Below are positions 26,101-39,149 of a stretch of 64,000 nt of DNA, piece after piece. The stretch's first letter is position 1. Each line of letters starts with the position of its first letter. The stretch lies in the NCBI RefSeq assembly GCF_002113885.1, contig NW_018404492.1:6553255-6617254 (forward strand), written 5' to 3'. The DNA is from Mizuhopecten yessoensis. Lineage: Eukaryota. Both the position numbers and the translations under genes were made by a program. The notes beneath the pieces are model-generated. The model searched no databases, was not told the origin of the DNA, and saw only the letters and a list, made by a program, of their open reading frames with translations.

Positions 26101-28156
26101 ACGTAAAGAAAAGTAATTTATTAGCAAAAAATAATGAAAATAAAGCATATTAAGGATGAAATGAAAAATCGGGCACTTCATTTACTATATATTATATTGT
26201 AAATATGTTTCTCTATACAATGTATTGTGAAAGAGAATAAAGTTGAATTGAATTGGCGTGTGCATTCTCTTTTCTTCAATAGTCGCAATGATCGGCTAAA
26301 TTTTGTGCACATTTGATAACCATAGGGGTATTGATAGTCTGGTGAAATGTTCTTCACTGAAAACAAGGATGTAAACAAGTACTTGTATGGGATATCAAGG
26401 TAGCAAATTGTTGACATATAATATGAATGTTTGGGATCGTCTTGATTATTCAGTCTGTTATCTCTTACGTTTGGAACCAAGTGCAGGCCATCAGGTACAT
26501 TGTAATTAAGAAGGATCGTGTAGGGTTTGGGCGTATGATTATTGTAGTTCCTGTTGGCTGTTTTCTGACCAAAATAGTTGACATGTTTGTATAATCGCTT
26601 ACATACGTAAATACTGTCAAAATCGTGATTAATAATACAACGATACGTTTGCTATGAAATCAATACATTCACTCATATATGATTGGTTCGAAGTATGATA
26701 AGATGACCCTTTGTCTGCTGAGGGTAGGTATTGTCATTGTACTGAATAAACTCGGTATTGTGAATGTTCATTGTATAAATACCATAAGTGTCAGGATGAC
26801 TTGGGATTAAGAATTTCCTATGATTCATTACTATTTATATTCGTGAATGATTGTAACCTCTTACACAATATACATAGTAATGTTTATCATTTTGTAAAAG
26901 TTGACGCACTTTGTATTTTCTTTTATTTCAGAAGCATTTTTTTTAAGATGATATCGTAAAGTACTTGTTTTCATGCTTCATTAGGGAAATCAGGAATTAC
27001 CCCACCCCAATGAATAAACCATGTTTCCTCTTGTGATTTTCCTTAGCAAAACTCACTATCTCTAGTGTTGGTGAAAATACAAATATTTATAATACCAAAA
27101 AATATTTATCTGTTCCTGCTGACCTACTCTATTCAGCATTCTCAAAATGACCTTGTCTGATATGCTACGGTCAGAGACAACCGCTAATATATACGTGAAG
27201 GTGACATTTTCTCTCCCTAGGGTTGATGTGTAGGATCAGACACGCGATGGTCAAATTTAATCAATATTTAAAGTTTTATACCAGGACGTATCAAATTTGC
27301 CTTATAATCTTCGACATTACATATGGTCTTCAGTTAAATTTCGCCATTTTTCAATCACCAGTACAACCTACTGACCTGGTTAGTGATAGATAGAGGGTGT
27401 GGGGTTTCCTTATATGACTGATGCTGGTTTGATTCCTCCTTACCTCTATGTATTTCATTTACAATGAACAACTTTCTCCCCACCGAAGGTATTCAGACAT
27501 ATTAAGTAAGGTTCCATTTATCGGACCAGTGTTATAAGTAGCAGCATTATGGACATGTCAAAGAGCGCGTCCTCTATGGCTTATCGGACAGTGGCAATAT
27601 CAATTAGGATTTTATCGACGTTTTCGTTCCGTCGATTATCTCTAATCTGCCCCCGGTTCAACAATATATATAAACGTCAACTTATGTATTTCTGAATACA
27701 CAGCGGTTATCTATGGAGTTGTATATCAGTGGCGTGTCATAAAAGTTACAAATGGTTTGGCAGTGTTATTGTAACTTATTACAAATGTTTCTTAAAGCGT
27801 CAACACAGACCGCGTTCGAGCCTGAACAGCGTTGACATACTATGATGTAATCGACGCAAGTTTTCTTACGGAGATGTTTTTTATCCTGCCATGTATAAGG
27901 AAGTTGTTTAAATGTAATTTATTTTAATAGGATAAGAATACATTTCAATATTCATCATTTCTACATAGCTAGCTAAAACCACCTCTGGTGCAAATAATTA
28001 TGGACGCATTTCTTCAGTGTTTGTGCGATTAGGAAAAAGGTGTTTGTGCGATTAAGAAAAGGAAGAGCAAATTCGAACAATAACTTCTATGGATTTTACT
28101 GTTTATGCTCAATGGAATGAATAGTAATTGTGTATATAGGAAGACCTCATAAAGAC

Positions 28157-28256
28157 ATGGATACGGAGCGGAGAAGACGTTTACAGACTGATGGTAGGCC
28201 GTCTCGTGTAGCCGCAGCCTTGGTGTTGGGGATCATACTTCTCCCTGTTATACACG
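28157..28256 (+). CDS. FN3/mucin type I membrane protein, exon 1 (signal peptide); whole model 7 exons, 2718 nt = 905 aa
   Basis: GACATGG start; MDTERRRR...VAAALVLGIILLPVIHG has basic n-region and hydrophobic h-region. Donor ACG|GTAAGT, phase 1. Confidence 0.7.
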
Positions 28257-30880
28257 GTAAGTACATCAGCAGCAGGTTATACCAGCGAGTGATATGTCAT
28301 AAATTAGATAATTTTATTTCAACAAAACTAAGAATGCATTCTTTAAAACATGTTTATTCTTTCGGGACACTAATTTAATATCCCTTCTCTATAGAATAAG
28401 TGGACGCCATATTGGGCCCGAACTCCTTATATAATTTTATTTAATCGTTTTTTAATTCATTAATTACAATGTTCTCAATAAAATGACATAATTGAATGAC
28501 TTTGCAGTTCATGTCATTTTCCTGTTTTGCTATGGACATTCATATTGCCAAAAAACTAACTGAATTTGAAAGCAATTTAATGCTTGATTATTGTTTGGGA
28601 CTTCCATGATGTACATATCTATATAATCATTATTTATCCGAATTTTCCCCCTTTTTTCTTAAGATTTGTACTTGATTTAATGACAGTTAAGCTTTAAAGT
28701 GAAATAGATACAGACTAAACGAAGCAACAAGGCCAAAAAATTAAGATATGTAAAACAAAAAATCATAATAAGGTACCATCACGTTTGTCACTCATTTCAA
28801 TGTTTTGTTTATATTATTAAACTTATAAATTTCTATTACCCAATACTGGTTTTAAGTTTCTTTGATGATGTCAATATTCTTCATTTATAATATGCGCTTT
28901 TTTAAGACTTTTTTTTCAAAATCTATCTATTCTTGAATTTTTTAAAGCTCGTAATTTACTAAAGCGATACTTTTGAAATTGTATTATGCACTTTGGTATT
29001 TCGAAGGATAATCACAGATTATTTTTGAAATAATGCAATTTGTTGACATGAAATATAAAAACATCATAACGTCAACATACAAACCCGAAACTTAAAATAG
29101 AAAGGAAAAGACAATAAATGTGATAAATAGTTTTGTTATCCGTTTATTTATGAAAATATATTGTAGAGAGTGCTAATTTAATGTTGAAATAACCAATGCC
29201 AAATCCGTTCGCTTCAGTTTAACAACTAGATAAATAGAAATACCGAATTTCAAATGTTACTACTTTCAGGTGGATTTGATAAGGAATTTTAATTCTTATT
29301 GACGATTATGTTTTGGGCTTTTTATATCGACCTAATCATCTTTAAAAGTTGGTGCAATTTTTCTTTGTACATCTAGTGATTACGAGCAATAATATGCTTC
29401 CTGAATGGTTCACTATTAATAACACATTGCATCATCTTATCATTTTCTTTGGTCATTACATTGTTGAATAATGTGAAGTCAACTGTGTAAGCTACATGGT
29501 CTTAAGCTTTACCACGTAGTCCGAATGATATAAGTCATATGATGCCCCTTATTTTAAAACAAATATGATATCCCTTTTAATATTTTAAAGGCGAAAAATG
29601 ATTTAATCAATTATTTGACAGGACGGGGACGAATGATATTAGTTACAGATTAAGTTAATAGTTTAGTTATGGTGTTGCGTACAATGTAGGTAACATATAT
29701 TTAACATTCAAAATGATTTGACGATACACCATATTGTTCTGCATAATGTTAATTATTCGTGATTTTTTTTTTCAAGAACAAATACAATATCAAATGTAAG
29801 ACTATGTCAAATTTTCTCCCTGTTTAAATCTATTTTACACCCAACATAGTGTTTAATAAATGTTACAAGTGACTATCAATTTAGAACATGTTTTGATAAC
29901 GTCATACTCAAAAACGTTCTTTTCCAAAAAAGGTGATCATCGATACAATTAAACACAACAGAGGCCTAAACGAAATATAATGACGACAAAATTGGGAAAA
30001 TAAATGAGTCCCTGATGAAATCATTCTAATTGATGGCAATATTTTTCAGCAGACTATAGGCATTCCTATATGATCAAACTACCCTCTTCTGTCCGACTGT
30101 TTTGTTCTCATAGGTGTTTGAGTTTATTGAATAGCTTATTAGGACTGATGACAAAAACCACGCCCTCACGTTCTCTGTCAGATATATAGACAATTAAATA
30201 GCAAGAAATGTATCGATCGTATATACCCTATTGAACTTGATTAAAAGAACACTATATATTCGTCTACTTCAGCTGTTTCCTCTATCATAACTTGCCAAAT
30301 GAAAAACAAGGACGTCCTATATCTTAGCTGTACAATAAGCGTGACGATTTCGATTTCTGTTGTGATCTTTCCCTTTCTTGTTAGTAATATCTCTGGTATA
30401 ATATATTATCTTTGTACTTTTCAAGTGTCTCGATGTTATCATGTCTCTGTTCATATTTTGCCCTAGTTTGATCAATTTTGAGAACGAATTGCGTTTTTTT
30501 AACGATTCGATATTCTCTTGAAGTCTGTAGAATATGACACGATCACCACAGATTACGCTACATATTCCCGCACTTTCTTGATGAAAACATGTTCTCTTCT
30601 TCGTACTTCAAAAATGTTAAGAAACATAATTAACACAAGAATATGTGGTACTCAACAGTAAAGATTTAAATCTTCTCTTTATCTGTGCCTGGTGTAATGA
30701 TAAATAGTTTCTCCCTCTAAGTCATGCCGATAGCTATTTATCCATTCACGCTGATATAATACCCATACCCGTCACTCGGCCTGATATCAGGATCTCAGGA
30801 TAATAAAGGATATATAAAATAACATTTTCACTTCGTAACTCCCAATATTCTTTTACTGTAATGTCTTTTTTTCTTGATAG

Positions 30881-31171
30881 GAGCCTGTTTAAGTTTAACC
30901 AGCACTAAAGCAGAACCCTTCAGAACATATGCAAAAATAACATGGAGTATAGCTGGTATAACGCCAGGATGCTCCGTTTTGAACTGGATGGTACACTATG
31001 ACTCGTCAAAACCAGTTCACATTTACCAGAACCGAAATAACACAGGCAGCTATGTGAATCAGTCCTTTGTTCGAGTTTACCCTAACTTCGAGTACAACGT
31101 GTTTGTGGAAGCATTCACCAACCAGGGCGTGGTGCGCTCGCCAATGTTTGTGTACAAGGCCCCGAAAACAA
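30881..31171 (+). CDS. FN3/mucin membrane protein, exon 2 (divergent FN3-like domain)
   Basis: Polypyrimidine plus GATAG acceptor; 291 nt phase 1-1 exon. AKITW ... VYPNFEYNVFVEAFTNQG matches the FN3 W and Y-corner pattern. Donor A|GTGAGT. Confidence 0.8.
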
Positions 31172-31487
31172 GTGAGTAAATTATATTGATAAATATAGAT
31201 GATCAGTTATTATTGTGGACCACGAAAGTTTGTAGAAACACACTCTACACACGAAACTGCGCATTACCAACCATGCTTTGTGCCTTCTTTGTGGTACGCT
31301 TTTAAAAACATCCGTGTGTGTCTAGTGGAAATATTTTCTTAATATCTTTTGAGGAATATTGGGTTTTGAATAAAGGTCCCACCTCCTCATATTTCATCTC
31401 AGTTTTATTTCCACTTTTAGTTAACACGTTAAAGCATAGATACGTTACAAATCACTGACGACTGACTGTTGTTTCTTTGTTCCATAG

Positions 31488-31602
31488 TTCCCGGGAGTGC
31501 TCCGGGTAAGTTACATATGTTGTCAGCCACGCATGACAGTGTCACCTTGGAGTGGGACGCGCTCAGCCTTTTCTACAAGAACGGGAACATCTTAGGTTAC
31601 AA
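31488..31602 (+). CDS. FN3/mucin membrane protein, exon 3 (FN3 N-half)
   Basis: Acceptor TTCCATAG; translates IPGSAPGKLHMLSATHDSVTLEWDALSLFYKNGNILGYK. Donor AA|GTAAGG, phase 2. Not in the ORF track. Confidence 0.88.
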
Positions 31603-31953
31603 GTAAGGTTAACCCTGCTCACTCAATTGCTTTTTTAATGAACTAATATTTTACGTTTGAATCGTATGTTTTGCGAGATTTTTCGTTTTGCTATATTTGC
31701 ATCTTCAAAACTGCGAAATCTAAATGAAAGGATTCCATTGCCATTCTTATACGTTTTATAAGAGTTAATCAGAGAAAAAAAGTGAGAACTTAATTCCGCT
31801 AATTAAAGCGCTTTATGTTATAATTTGTACAATGTGTCGTGTTTAGTTGTGTGACTTCTAAATTTGATTTCATAATTAATCAGATTAAACGTTTACATAG
31901 TGAGCGTACTAGATATTCTTAATGGAAAAGCACATGCTAATTATTGAATTCAG

Positions 31954-32141
31954 ATTGACATACAGATTGCCGGGAAATAGCACAGTAATGTCTACCAGTG
32001 TGTCGGGAGAGAACACCCTGACCGGGGTCATTCGGGGTCTACAGCCCTCAACACACTACCAGATACAGGTGCAGTGTCTTAATGACGTTGGTTTGGGCCG
32101 TCCGAGCAGTCCCTGGCTTGATGTCACCACCAGTGCACTAC
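31954..32141 (+). CDS. FN3/mucin membrane protein, exon 4 (FN3 C-half)
   Basis: Acceptor TTCAG in matching phase; LTYR...IRGLQPSTHYQIQVQCLNDVGLGRPSSPW is canonical FN3. Donor C|GTAAGT. Confidence 0.9.
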
Positions 32142-32448
32142 GTAAGTTCAAGATTAAAAAGTATGTCAATTTCCTTTTTATCTGCCTTTTAAAAACATGT
32201 ATGGTTTGCAGTTATGCAAATACATCCATGCAGTTATCAGTCTGTTGAACACAAATAACAGTAAAAAGAAGATGATGACATTAACAAATAAATATATCGT
32301 GGATTTCAATTACTCAAGACAGTTTAAATTACAGCAATTCATCAGAATAAAAATTCATAATATTCCAAATTAATCTACATTAAACATTGTTTACAATGTC
32401 TTTAAAGCAAAACAGTAGTATTTCTTTTACAATAATATTTAATTTTAG

Positions 32449-32934
32449 CTACTACAACTTCCACTTCAACAACCATTACTACTACGACCACAACGACGAC
32501 CACCATCACCACTCCCACCACCGTCACCACTCCCACCACCGTCACCACTCCCACGACCACCGCCACCACTTCCTCCACCACCCCCACTACCACCACTGCA
32601 TACACTACTACTCCAACAACGACGACAGTTAAAAAGCAAACAATTACTTCGTTAACGACATCAACGCCTACCACAACAAAAACAACACCAAAACAGTTGC
32701 CAATCTCTGTTTCTATCACACCTGCTGCATCGAACCAGAAAACGTCAACACCAACGACTAAGTCAAACCAACCGTCTCCACCAGTCACAGTACACCTAAC
32801 AGCTTCCGGTGCAACATCAGCGCCAAAGTCCACTACCGGTAGATCCGTGACGTCACATGTAACAAAAAAGCTTCCTGCAAACCATTTGACCAACTTGATA
32901 CACACAACGACGCCATCAGCAACGACACGCAAAG
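32449..32934 (+). CDS. FN3/mucin membrane protein, exon 5 (Thr/Pro/Ser-rich mucin-like stalk)
   Basis: Acceptor TTTTAG; open ACN-codon frame PTTTSTSTTITTTT...; 486 nt phase 1-1, ending at GC donor AAG|GCAAGT. Confidence 0.82.
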
Positions 32935-33518
32935 GCAAGTATACACAAACTTTACGTAGAGAAGCATGTTTTATAATGTATCATGTGTCGGATAAATCGT
33001 CACTGATATTATGTATTACGTACTAGCTTACTTCCTTTGTATTACATACATGAGGGTAGAATTAACCGATGTTTACAGTAAACCTGTCAGCGTTTAAGTT
33101 GTGGATATCTCCCGATACTGCAATGGCGTCAGATAAACGATAACACTTTCAAAAGATTTCACCCTCGGCCATACATCGTGGTTGTCCACTGCTTTCTTAC
33201 TTATCTCGTTGACAGGAGTTATTTTGATAAACGTTTACACTGTACCACAGAGACATTTGATTAATCCATCTCTACCTTAAACTTGACCAACGGGAGCTAA
33301 TTTGATGTTGTGGAATTGCTTTAGTTGGCTGGAATAATTCATTGGCGAGGTATTGTGTGCAGGTAAAAGTCGAATAACTCAACTTCTGTCATTCAATTTA
33401 TCGATTAATGAAATCTGCGAAACCGATAAGAACAAGGGGATATAATGACAACTTTCTTGCAAACTTCATTTTATTGGAATTGTTATTTAAGTGTCTCGCC
33501 AAATCTTCATTACAACAG

Positions 33519-33700
33519 ATCCGGGTGACGACAAGATCCTCGGCCTTGACCTATGGATGTTAGTGGCCATCGCTGCCGGCACCTTACTGTTATTATTGCT
33601 GCTTTCGGTGTTGCTTTGTTGCTGCTGTCGGTGCTGTTGCTTCGAGGAGGCAGCTGTTGGGGCTAAGACGAGGGGCGAGGAAAGAGTCTTTGACAAAAGG
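33519..33700 (+). CDS. FN3/mucin membrane protein, exon 6 (TM helix plus juxtamembrane Cys cluster)
   Basis: DPGDDKILGLDLWMLVAIAAGTLLLLLLLSVLLCCCCRCCCF; acceptor AACAG, donor AGG|GTATGA, phase 0. Confidence 0.88.
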
Positions 33701-34001
33701 GTATGAAATTGTATAAGCTTTTCCAGATTGAGTTGACATAAGAAATCATTCTTATTATACTAACACGCATTCAAAGCGTGTACAATGCGTAAAATCTGTC
33801 AATATATCGGTGCTTTTGTCTTTGCTTTTAAATTGTGAAGTTATTTTAATGCTCCTTGTACACTGCATAGCGGAATGGAATTAAGTGGATAAACTAGCAT
33901 GTTTAACATTTCAAACACCCAAATAACAATTTACATTTTAATACTGAATTCAGGATTTCTTGACATTTTCTATATAACATTTGTTTACCATCATATTTTA
34001 G

Positions 34002-35357
34002 AGAATGGACGGCGTCTTTATGGAAAAGGATGCAAGGAGAGACGATATGAGCAGGAAAACACGAACAAGGAGCGTGGTATCTATGGAATCTCTGGACGGA
34101 TACGGAGTTAATGAGGTCAAACCCCGGGCGATGCGACTGGTTAGTGTCGATAGTCACCATTCATTGGACGCAGTCCCGATACTAATACCATCTTCCGCGG
34201 GTAGATACTCTACTAGTCACAACACACCGATGGCCAAGTCCATGGGGACTCAGTATGAACGGATCCATACCACTCCTAGGGCTAGGGCTGCAGGAACCCA
34301 GTACGAGGACGTTACAGAGCGCGTCATATACCCCTCGCCGAAATCTAAGACGTTTGGTACACAGTATGAAAGTATCGCGGAGGAAATATCAACTAAAGAT
34401 GTTGGAACCGTTACAGACAGACGTGGCTCCTTAACATCTTGTGTGTCCCCATTTCCGCCAAACACATGGTTAGCAAAAACGCCGAGAACGCTCAGAGCAG
34501 TTGCACCGATGTATATTAATCCGGATTCGCTGAACCCTATAGTGATGACGACAATGAACGCATCCACTTCCGCTATGAGTAGTCCAGAGCGGAGGTTTAA
34601 ATCGGCAAACGTCCAGACGGATTTGAGTGTATTGAAACCACCAACCTCACTTCCGCAAAGTTATTCTTCTAAATCAGAATCTACCGGGTATCCGTCGTCA
34701 TTCATGTCTAAGAACGATGAAGCTGAAATAGAAATGTTACCTCCGGGTCCCTTAGATGACACAACTAAATCGGTAGGTGCCAGTAGTGTTAGCATTCCGT
34801 CAACAGCAATAGGCGACCGCAAGGTGCCGTTCAGTGATATCGCTAGTTGTCCCACGGCTGTTCCTCTCCGGCCGCAAGACATGCCAAGAACTCGAGATAC
34901 TTCTTTTCTACGGTATCCATCTAAGGCCGCCAGCCATCCCATCACACTCTGGGATATTCCCCTGAAGAGTTATCCAGACAGTATCACATATCCCAGCCAA
35001 GATAGCTCGGGTGAGGTCACTCCTACCCCTATTAATCGTATTGAGTATAACACGATATACGACAACCGTGTCAGCAACACAGATAATACCTACATCCACA
35101 ACTTTCTCGAGGATGCCAAGAGAATGGCGCGCAAACCTAAAGTCTCGCGACCGCCGAGACTTGCGGCGATACCGGCCAATGCTGAATCGCCGGTAGGTTT
35201 GTATGATCCGTTTCCGGAGGAGGGGGGTGCACATAACCTGATAAAACCTGGACTTAGTAAACAAACAACATTTAATAACATCCCAGCAGTGAAAGGTCCA
35301 GAGGTGCGAGCGATTTTATATGAACCACATCGTCTTAAGGATTCTACTGATTGTTGA
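34002..35357 (+). CDS. FN3/mucin membrane protein, exon 7 (451 aa disordered cytoplasmic tail)
   Basis: Acceptor TTTTAG at 34001 is in frame with the 450 aa ORF 34005-35357. Ser/Pro/Thr-rich; GC content above flanks. Confidence 0.88.
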   Translation, partial: RMDGVFMEKDARRDDMSRKTRTRSVVSMESLDGYGVNEVKPRAMRLVSVDSHHSLDAVPILIPSSAGRYSTSHNTPMAKSMGTQYERIHTTPRARAAGTQYEDVTERVIYPSPKSKTFGTQYESIAEEISTKDVGTVTDRRGSLTSCVSPFPPNTWLAKTPRTLRAVAPMYINPDSLNPIVMTTMNASTSAMSSPERRFKSANVQTDLSVLKPPTSLPQSYSSKSESTGYPSSFMSKNDEAEIEMLPPGPLDDTTKSVGASSVSIPSTAIGDRKVPFSDIASCPTAVPLRPQDMPRTRDTSFLRYPSKAASHPITLWDIPLKSYPDSITYPSQDSSGEVTPTPINRIEYNTIYDNRVSNTDNTYIHNFLEDAKRMARKPKVSRPPRLAAIPANAESPVGLYDPFPEEGGAHNLIKPGLSKQTTFNNIPAVKGPEVRAILYEPHRLKDSTDC

Positions 35358-36877
35358 ATATCATTAACCTATCACATTATCATAATTGTGCTCTGACTTA
35401 TGCATAAATCTTGTATACATGATAATTCGACCATGTATAGGGCAGTTCACGTTTTGTTATATTATGACATTATCACATCATTACATCTATATATATATTA
35501 TTGGTATTATATGCCTTTAACTGAACAGTGGATTTATGTTACATGTAGCATGTTAATGTTCAAGTTCTAAGTATAAAATTACATTTATGACCTCAACTTA
35601 CATATTGTATCGTTTTATCAGAGTTGGTCATATACCAGGTTTGATATAATATGATATCTTTATAATTTTAAGACATGGATATCAAATACAGAAAATTATC
35701 ATTGACAGCTACTATTCGCATGTTTCAAACGTGACAATAACACTTTCCTGACAAAAACCTATAAAAACACAGAATAAAGTTTGGAGCATTAAATTATATC
35801 GCATTCTCAAAACGAAAACCGACTGAAATCTTTAAATATCTCACCATGTCTTCTAAGCAAACTATTCAGCAATATTACCAATTGAGGGAAGGACGTAGTT
35901 AAGACCAATATCACTGACTCCCAACCTTACTGTCAATATATGACGTCACAGAAAATTTACATGATAATGGTCAGGATAATTTTAAGTGACGAAAATGGAT
36001 TGAATAGATTATTAAATTATTTCTTTTTGAATTCCATAAATATTCAACCGGTAATTTATTTTTGTAATGTCATGGTTGTGAACTGTATATAGTATTCAAA
36101 TGGTAAATATAACATATTCTGTTATTACATAACTCACGTGTTGTGTCAAAGACCATACATTAGTATTCTAATGTTATCGAGTGGTTTCTTTTAATACTGA
36201 ATATTTAATACAATTACACTAATGAGAGTTTGATTGGAAGAAATGTCCAAACATAGAATACGATGTCGTAAACAAAATGATTTAAAGATATTACCTAGTA
36301 GACTTTTTAATGGTGATTTAAAAGATTTCGAAGATTTTCCGATGTCTGAAAAAAATCACAATGATGCCATACTAAATGTCTGCGTAAACATATAAAAAGG
36401 ATATATTCATTTCTTTTCATATTTCATATGAGATATTTGAAAGAAATTCTGCCAAATATTTATAAATATATAAATGTCTTTATTTTTTTTCAATAAAAAG
36501 GGAGAATAATTTAGAAATTAAAGTTTCATGTTAAAGTCCGTCCATGCATGATCAATTGGGTGTTTTTTTCCTGTATATCTTTGTGATAGTCCATGTTTTT
36601 GTTATCATAATATACGATAGTTCATCAATTTTCAATAGAATATTTTTGTCAGTTTAGGTATGTGATAGGTTGTCCATGTTTGATGGTTGCTTTTATATTA
36701 ATTTGCCTGTATATGATAAGTCATCATTATTCAATAGGATGCCTTTGTTTTATGTGTGTGCGATAACCTGTCCATGTACAATGGACTGTATTTATGGGTT
36801 AGTTTGTCCATGTTCAACGGTTGCTTCTATATTTAAATGTTTATTATAATCCATCATTATTCAATATGGTGACCTTT

Positions 36878-37168
36878 TATGTATATGTGATGATACGTCC
36901 ATGTTCAGTAGTTGTTTTTATGTATATGTGATGATATGTCCATGTTCAGTGGTTGTTTTTATGTATATGTGATGATACGTCCATGTTCAGTGGCTGTTTT
37001 TATGTATATGTGATGATATGTCCATCTTCAGTGGTTGTTTTTATGTATATGTGATGATATGTCCATGTTCAGTGGGTTTTTTCATGTATATGTGATGATA
37101 TGTCCATGTTCAGTGGTTGTTTTTATGTATATGTGATGATTAGTCCATGTTTAGTGGTTGTTTTTATG
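36878..37168 (+). repeat. 41 bp minisatellite, ~7 good copies with degenerate flanks (~36540-37290)
   Basis: ATGTATATGTGATGATATGTCCATGTTCAGTGGTTGTTTTT in tandem. Confidence 0.92.
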
Positions 37169-37910
37169 TTTAAATGTATATGTAAACACGTAATTATTCA
37201 ACAGGGTGCCTTTGATTTATGTATATGTGATAATGTTAAAGAACCCGTATTACTTTATTGGTATGTGATAGTCCGTCCATATTAATTGAATGTTTTGGTT
37301 TATTCTTGTATGTAACATTTCGTTTATAATTCATAGTTTCCTTTATATATATGTACATGTACATATATGTTAGTTTGTTTACGTTTAAAATTATATTTTC
37401 GTTTTAGAGACAGTAGTGACCTCACTGACTTTCATAACATCAATATTCTCATCATATGTATATATATTTATTGACAATTTTACATTCATTGAATTATGTA
37501 ATAATACATGGTCTTTTTTTTAATTATTAACACGAATTAAAACATTAATATCAAATCGTGAATTTATATTGCATGAATATATATCATTATCATCTCGATA
37601 TTGTTCTTGTCCAATATTATTTGACAATCTTTGCTGTCTATCGTTGTATAGTCCCATAAGTAATATGTCAATTCCGTCATATTTTTCTTAGAATTTCCAT
37701 TCCGAAATATTATTGTATCATATTTATAGAATAAAAGCAAGGTAATTATATTATCCTCAATCACATGTAAATATCCGAGTTTAGTTTGTGTACAATCATT
37801 GTTTTAACGTTGTCAACATTCTGTGTTTAGTTTGTATTGAATTAAAACTACAAGGATAACACAATATTTTGCTTTTCCAAAATGTAGAGTTTTATTTAAG
37901 CAATGAAAAA

Positions 37911-38043
37911 TTTAGCAAATGTTGTTATGGTCCTATAACACTCATCGCTATTGATAAAAAAACTTAATAAAGGTGTTAGGGTTTTATGTAAGTTTGTCAG
38001 CAATACAAAGGTGTGTTATAGGACCATAGCAACATTTGCTAAA
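37911..38043. repeat. Inverted repeat / MITE-like hairpin
   Basis: TTTAGCAAATGTTGTTATGGTCCTATAACAC versus GTGTTATAGGACCATAGCAACATTTGCTAAA (31 bp, 1 mismatch). A partial third arm lies at 38161. Confidence 0.8.
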
Positions 38044-39050
38044 ATACTCATTATTCATATTTACATTTCGATAGAGTAGTTACGGGTTGTTAAGTTATTT
38101 CAAACTGTTCTTTGAACAGTAAATGAAATGTTGACAACAATGAAATTGATGACGTCACAATAGCAAATGTTGTTATAGTCTCACAACAACATTTAAGTTC
38201 TCAATGCATTGAAATGGAAGGATGCAGAGCAAATTTAATTATTCATGAATAAATAAAACAGTAGAGACAGCATTGGATAAAATCGTGTTATCTATGTAAT
38301 TATAAACCACAATGATCTATTATATTATTATATAACACATACTAAACACAACACATGGACGAAATGGAAATAAAACTCAAAAAGAAAAGGATAAAAAGGA
38401 ACAGAGACACCAATACAAAAGGACAGACAACAACCGGAGCCGATAAAACAATTACAACATGGGAAAGACATTGTTGATCAAAACATGATCGAGTTTTAAC
38501 CAGGTTTTGTTCTGGAAAGAATATGGTTTCCAGTACAAACTGTAGCATCTGCTATGATGTTGCCAGGCAATGCTGATAGACTCTGAAATCCCAGTAGTCT
38601 CTTTTTTGCGTTTTTATTTTAGCGTCATTATATAAATTGCAGTGACGGGCTCTTCTTTAGTTAATTAATACTAGATATTCATGGTATTTGGAATTTAATT
38701 ACGTAATCGAAATATTTTGAATAAATCAGAAACCCTGTAAACTATTTTTATATTTGGAAGAGCAAATAATATTTCGGTTCAAAGTTCTCTAATTTGTTTC
38801 CCGGACTTATTGTTTATTTCGCGTCGTAAACTATGCACGAGGTATGTGTATGTTTTTATATTAGGACTTGATTTATGTTTATATTTGTTTATATTGGACA
38901 CTTTGTTACATATGTTATAACAACGCTGAGCGAATACTTAAATTATCAGGATTATAAAACCGGATTATACAAGATTATTTTATTAAGATTTAGCATACTG
39001 ACCGGGATCAATGTTTACTGGTGCTATACGTCGAGTCGTTACACAACAAC

Positions 39051-39149
39051 ATGGAGGATATAACTTGACGCGGGACAATCAGACTGATTCTTGTTGTTAC
39101 ATTCAGTATAAAATTGGACACATTTCCTAACGAAGTACAGGGATTACAG
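39051..39149 (+). pseudogene. Candidate disrupted signal-peptide exon upstream of the 41056 gene
   Basis: Strong context AACAACATGG; reads MEDIT*RGTIRLILVVTFSIKLDTFPNEVQGLQ with TGA at 39066-39068. Perfect donor CAG|GTAAGT at 39150. Confidence 0.4.

Noticed and set aside
29167-29270. Extra exon of the FN3/mucin gene
   Set aside because: Stops occur in the required phase; exon 1 joins exon 2 in phase without it.
32387-32938. His-rich ORF (32387-32632 +) and Val-rich ORF (32402-32938 -)
   Set aside because: Alternative-frame and antisense shadows of the Thr-codon mucin exon.
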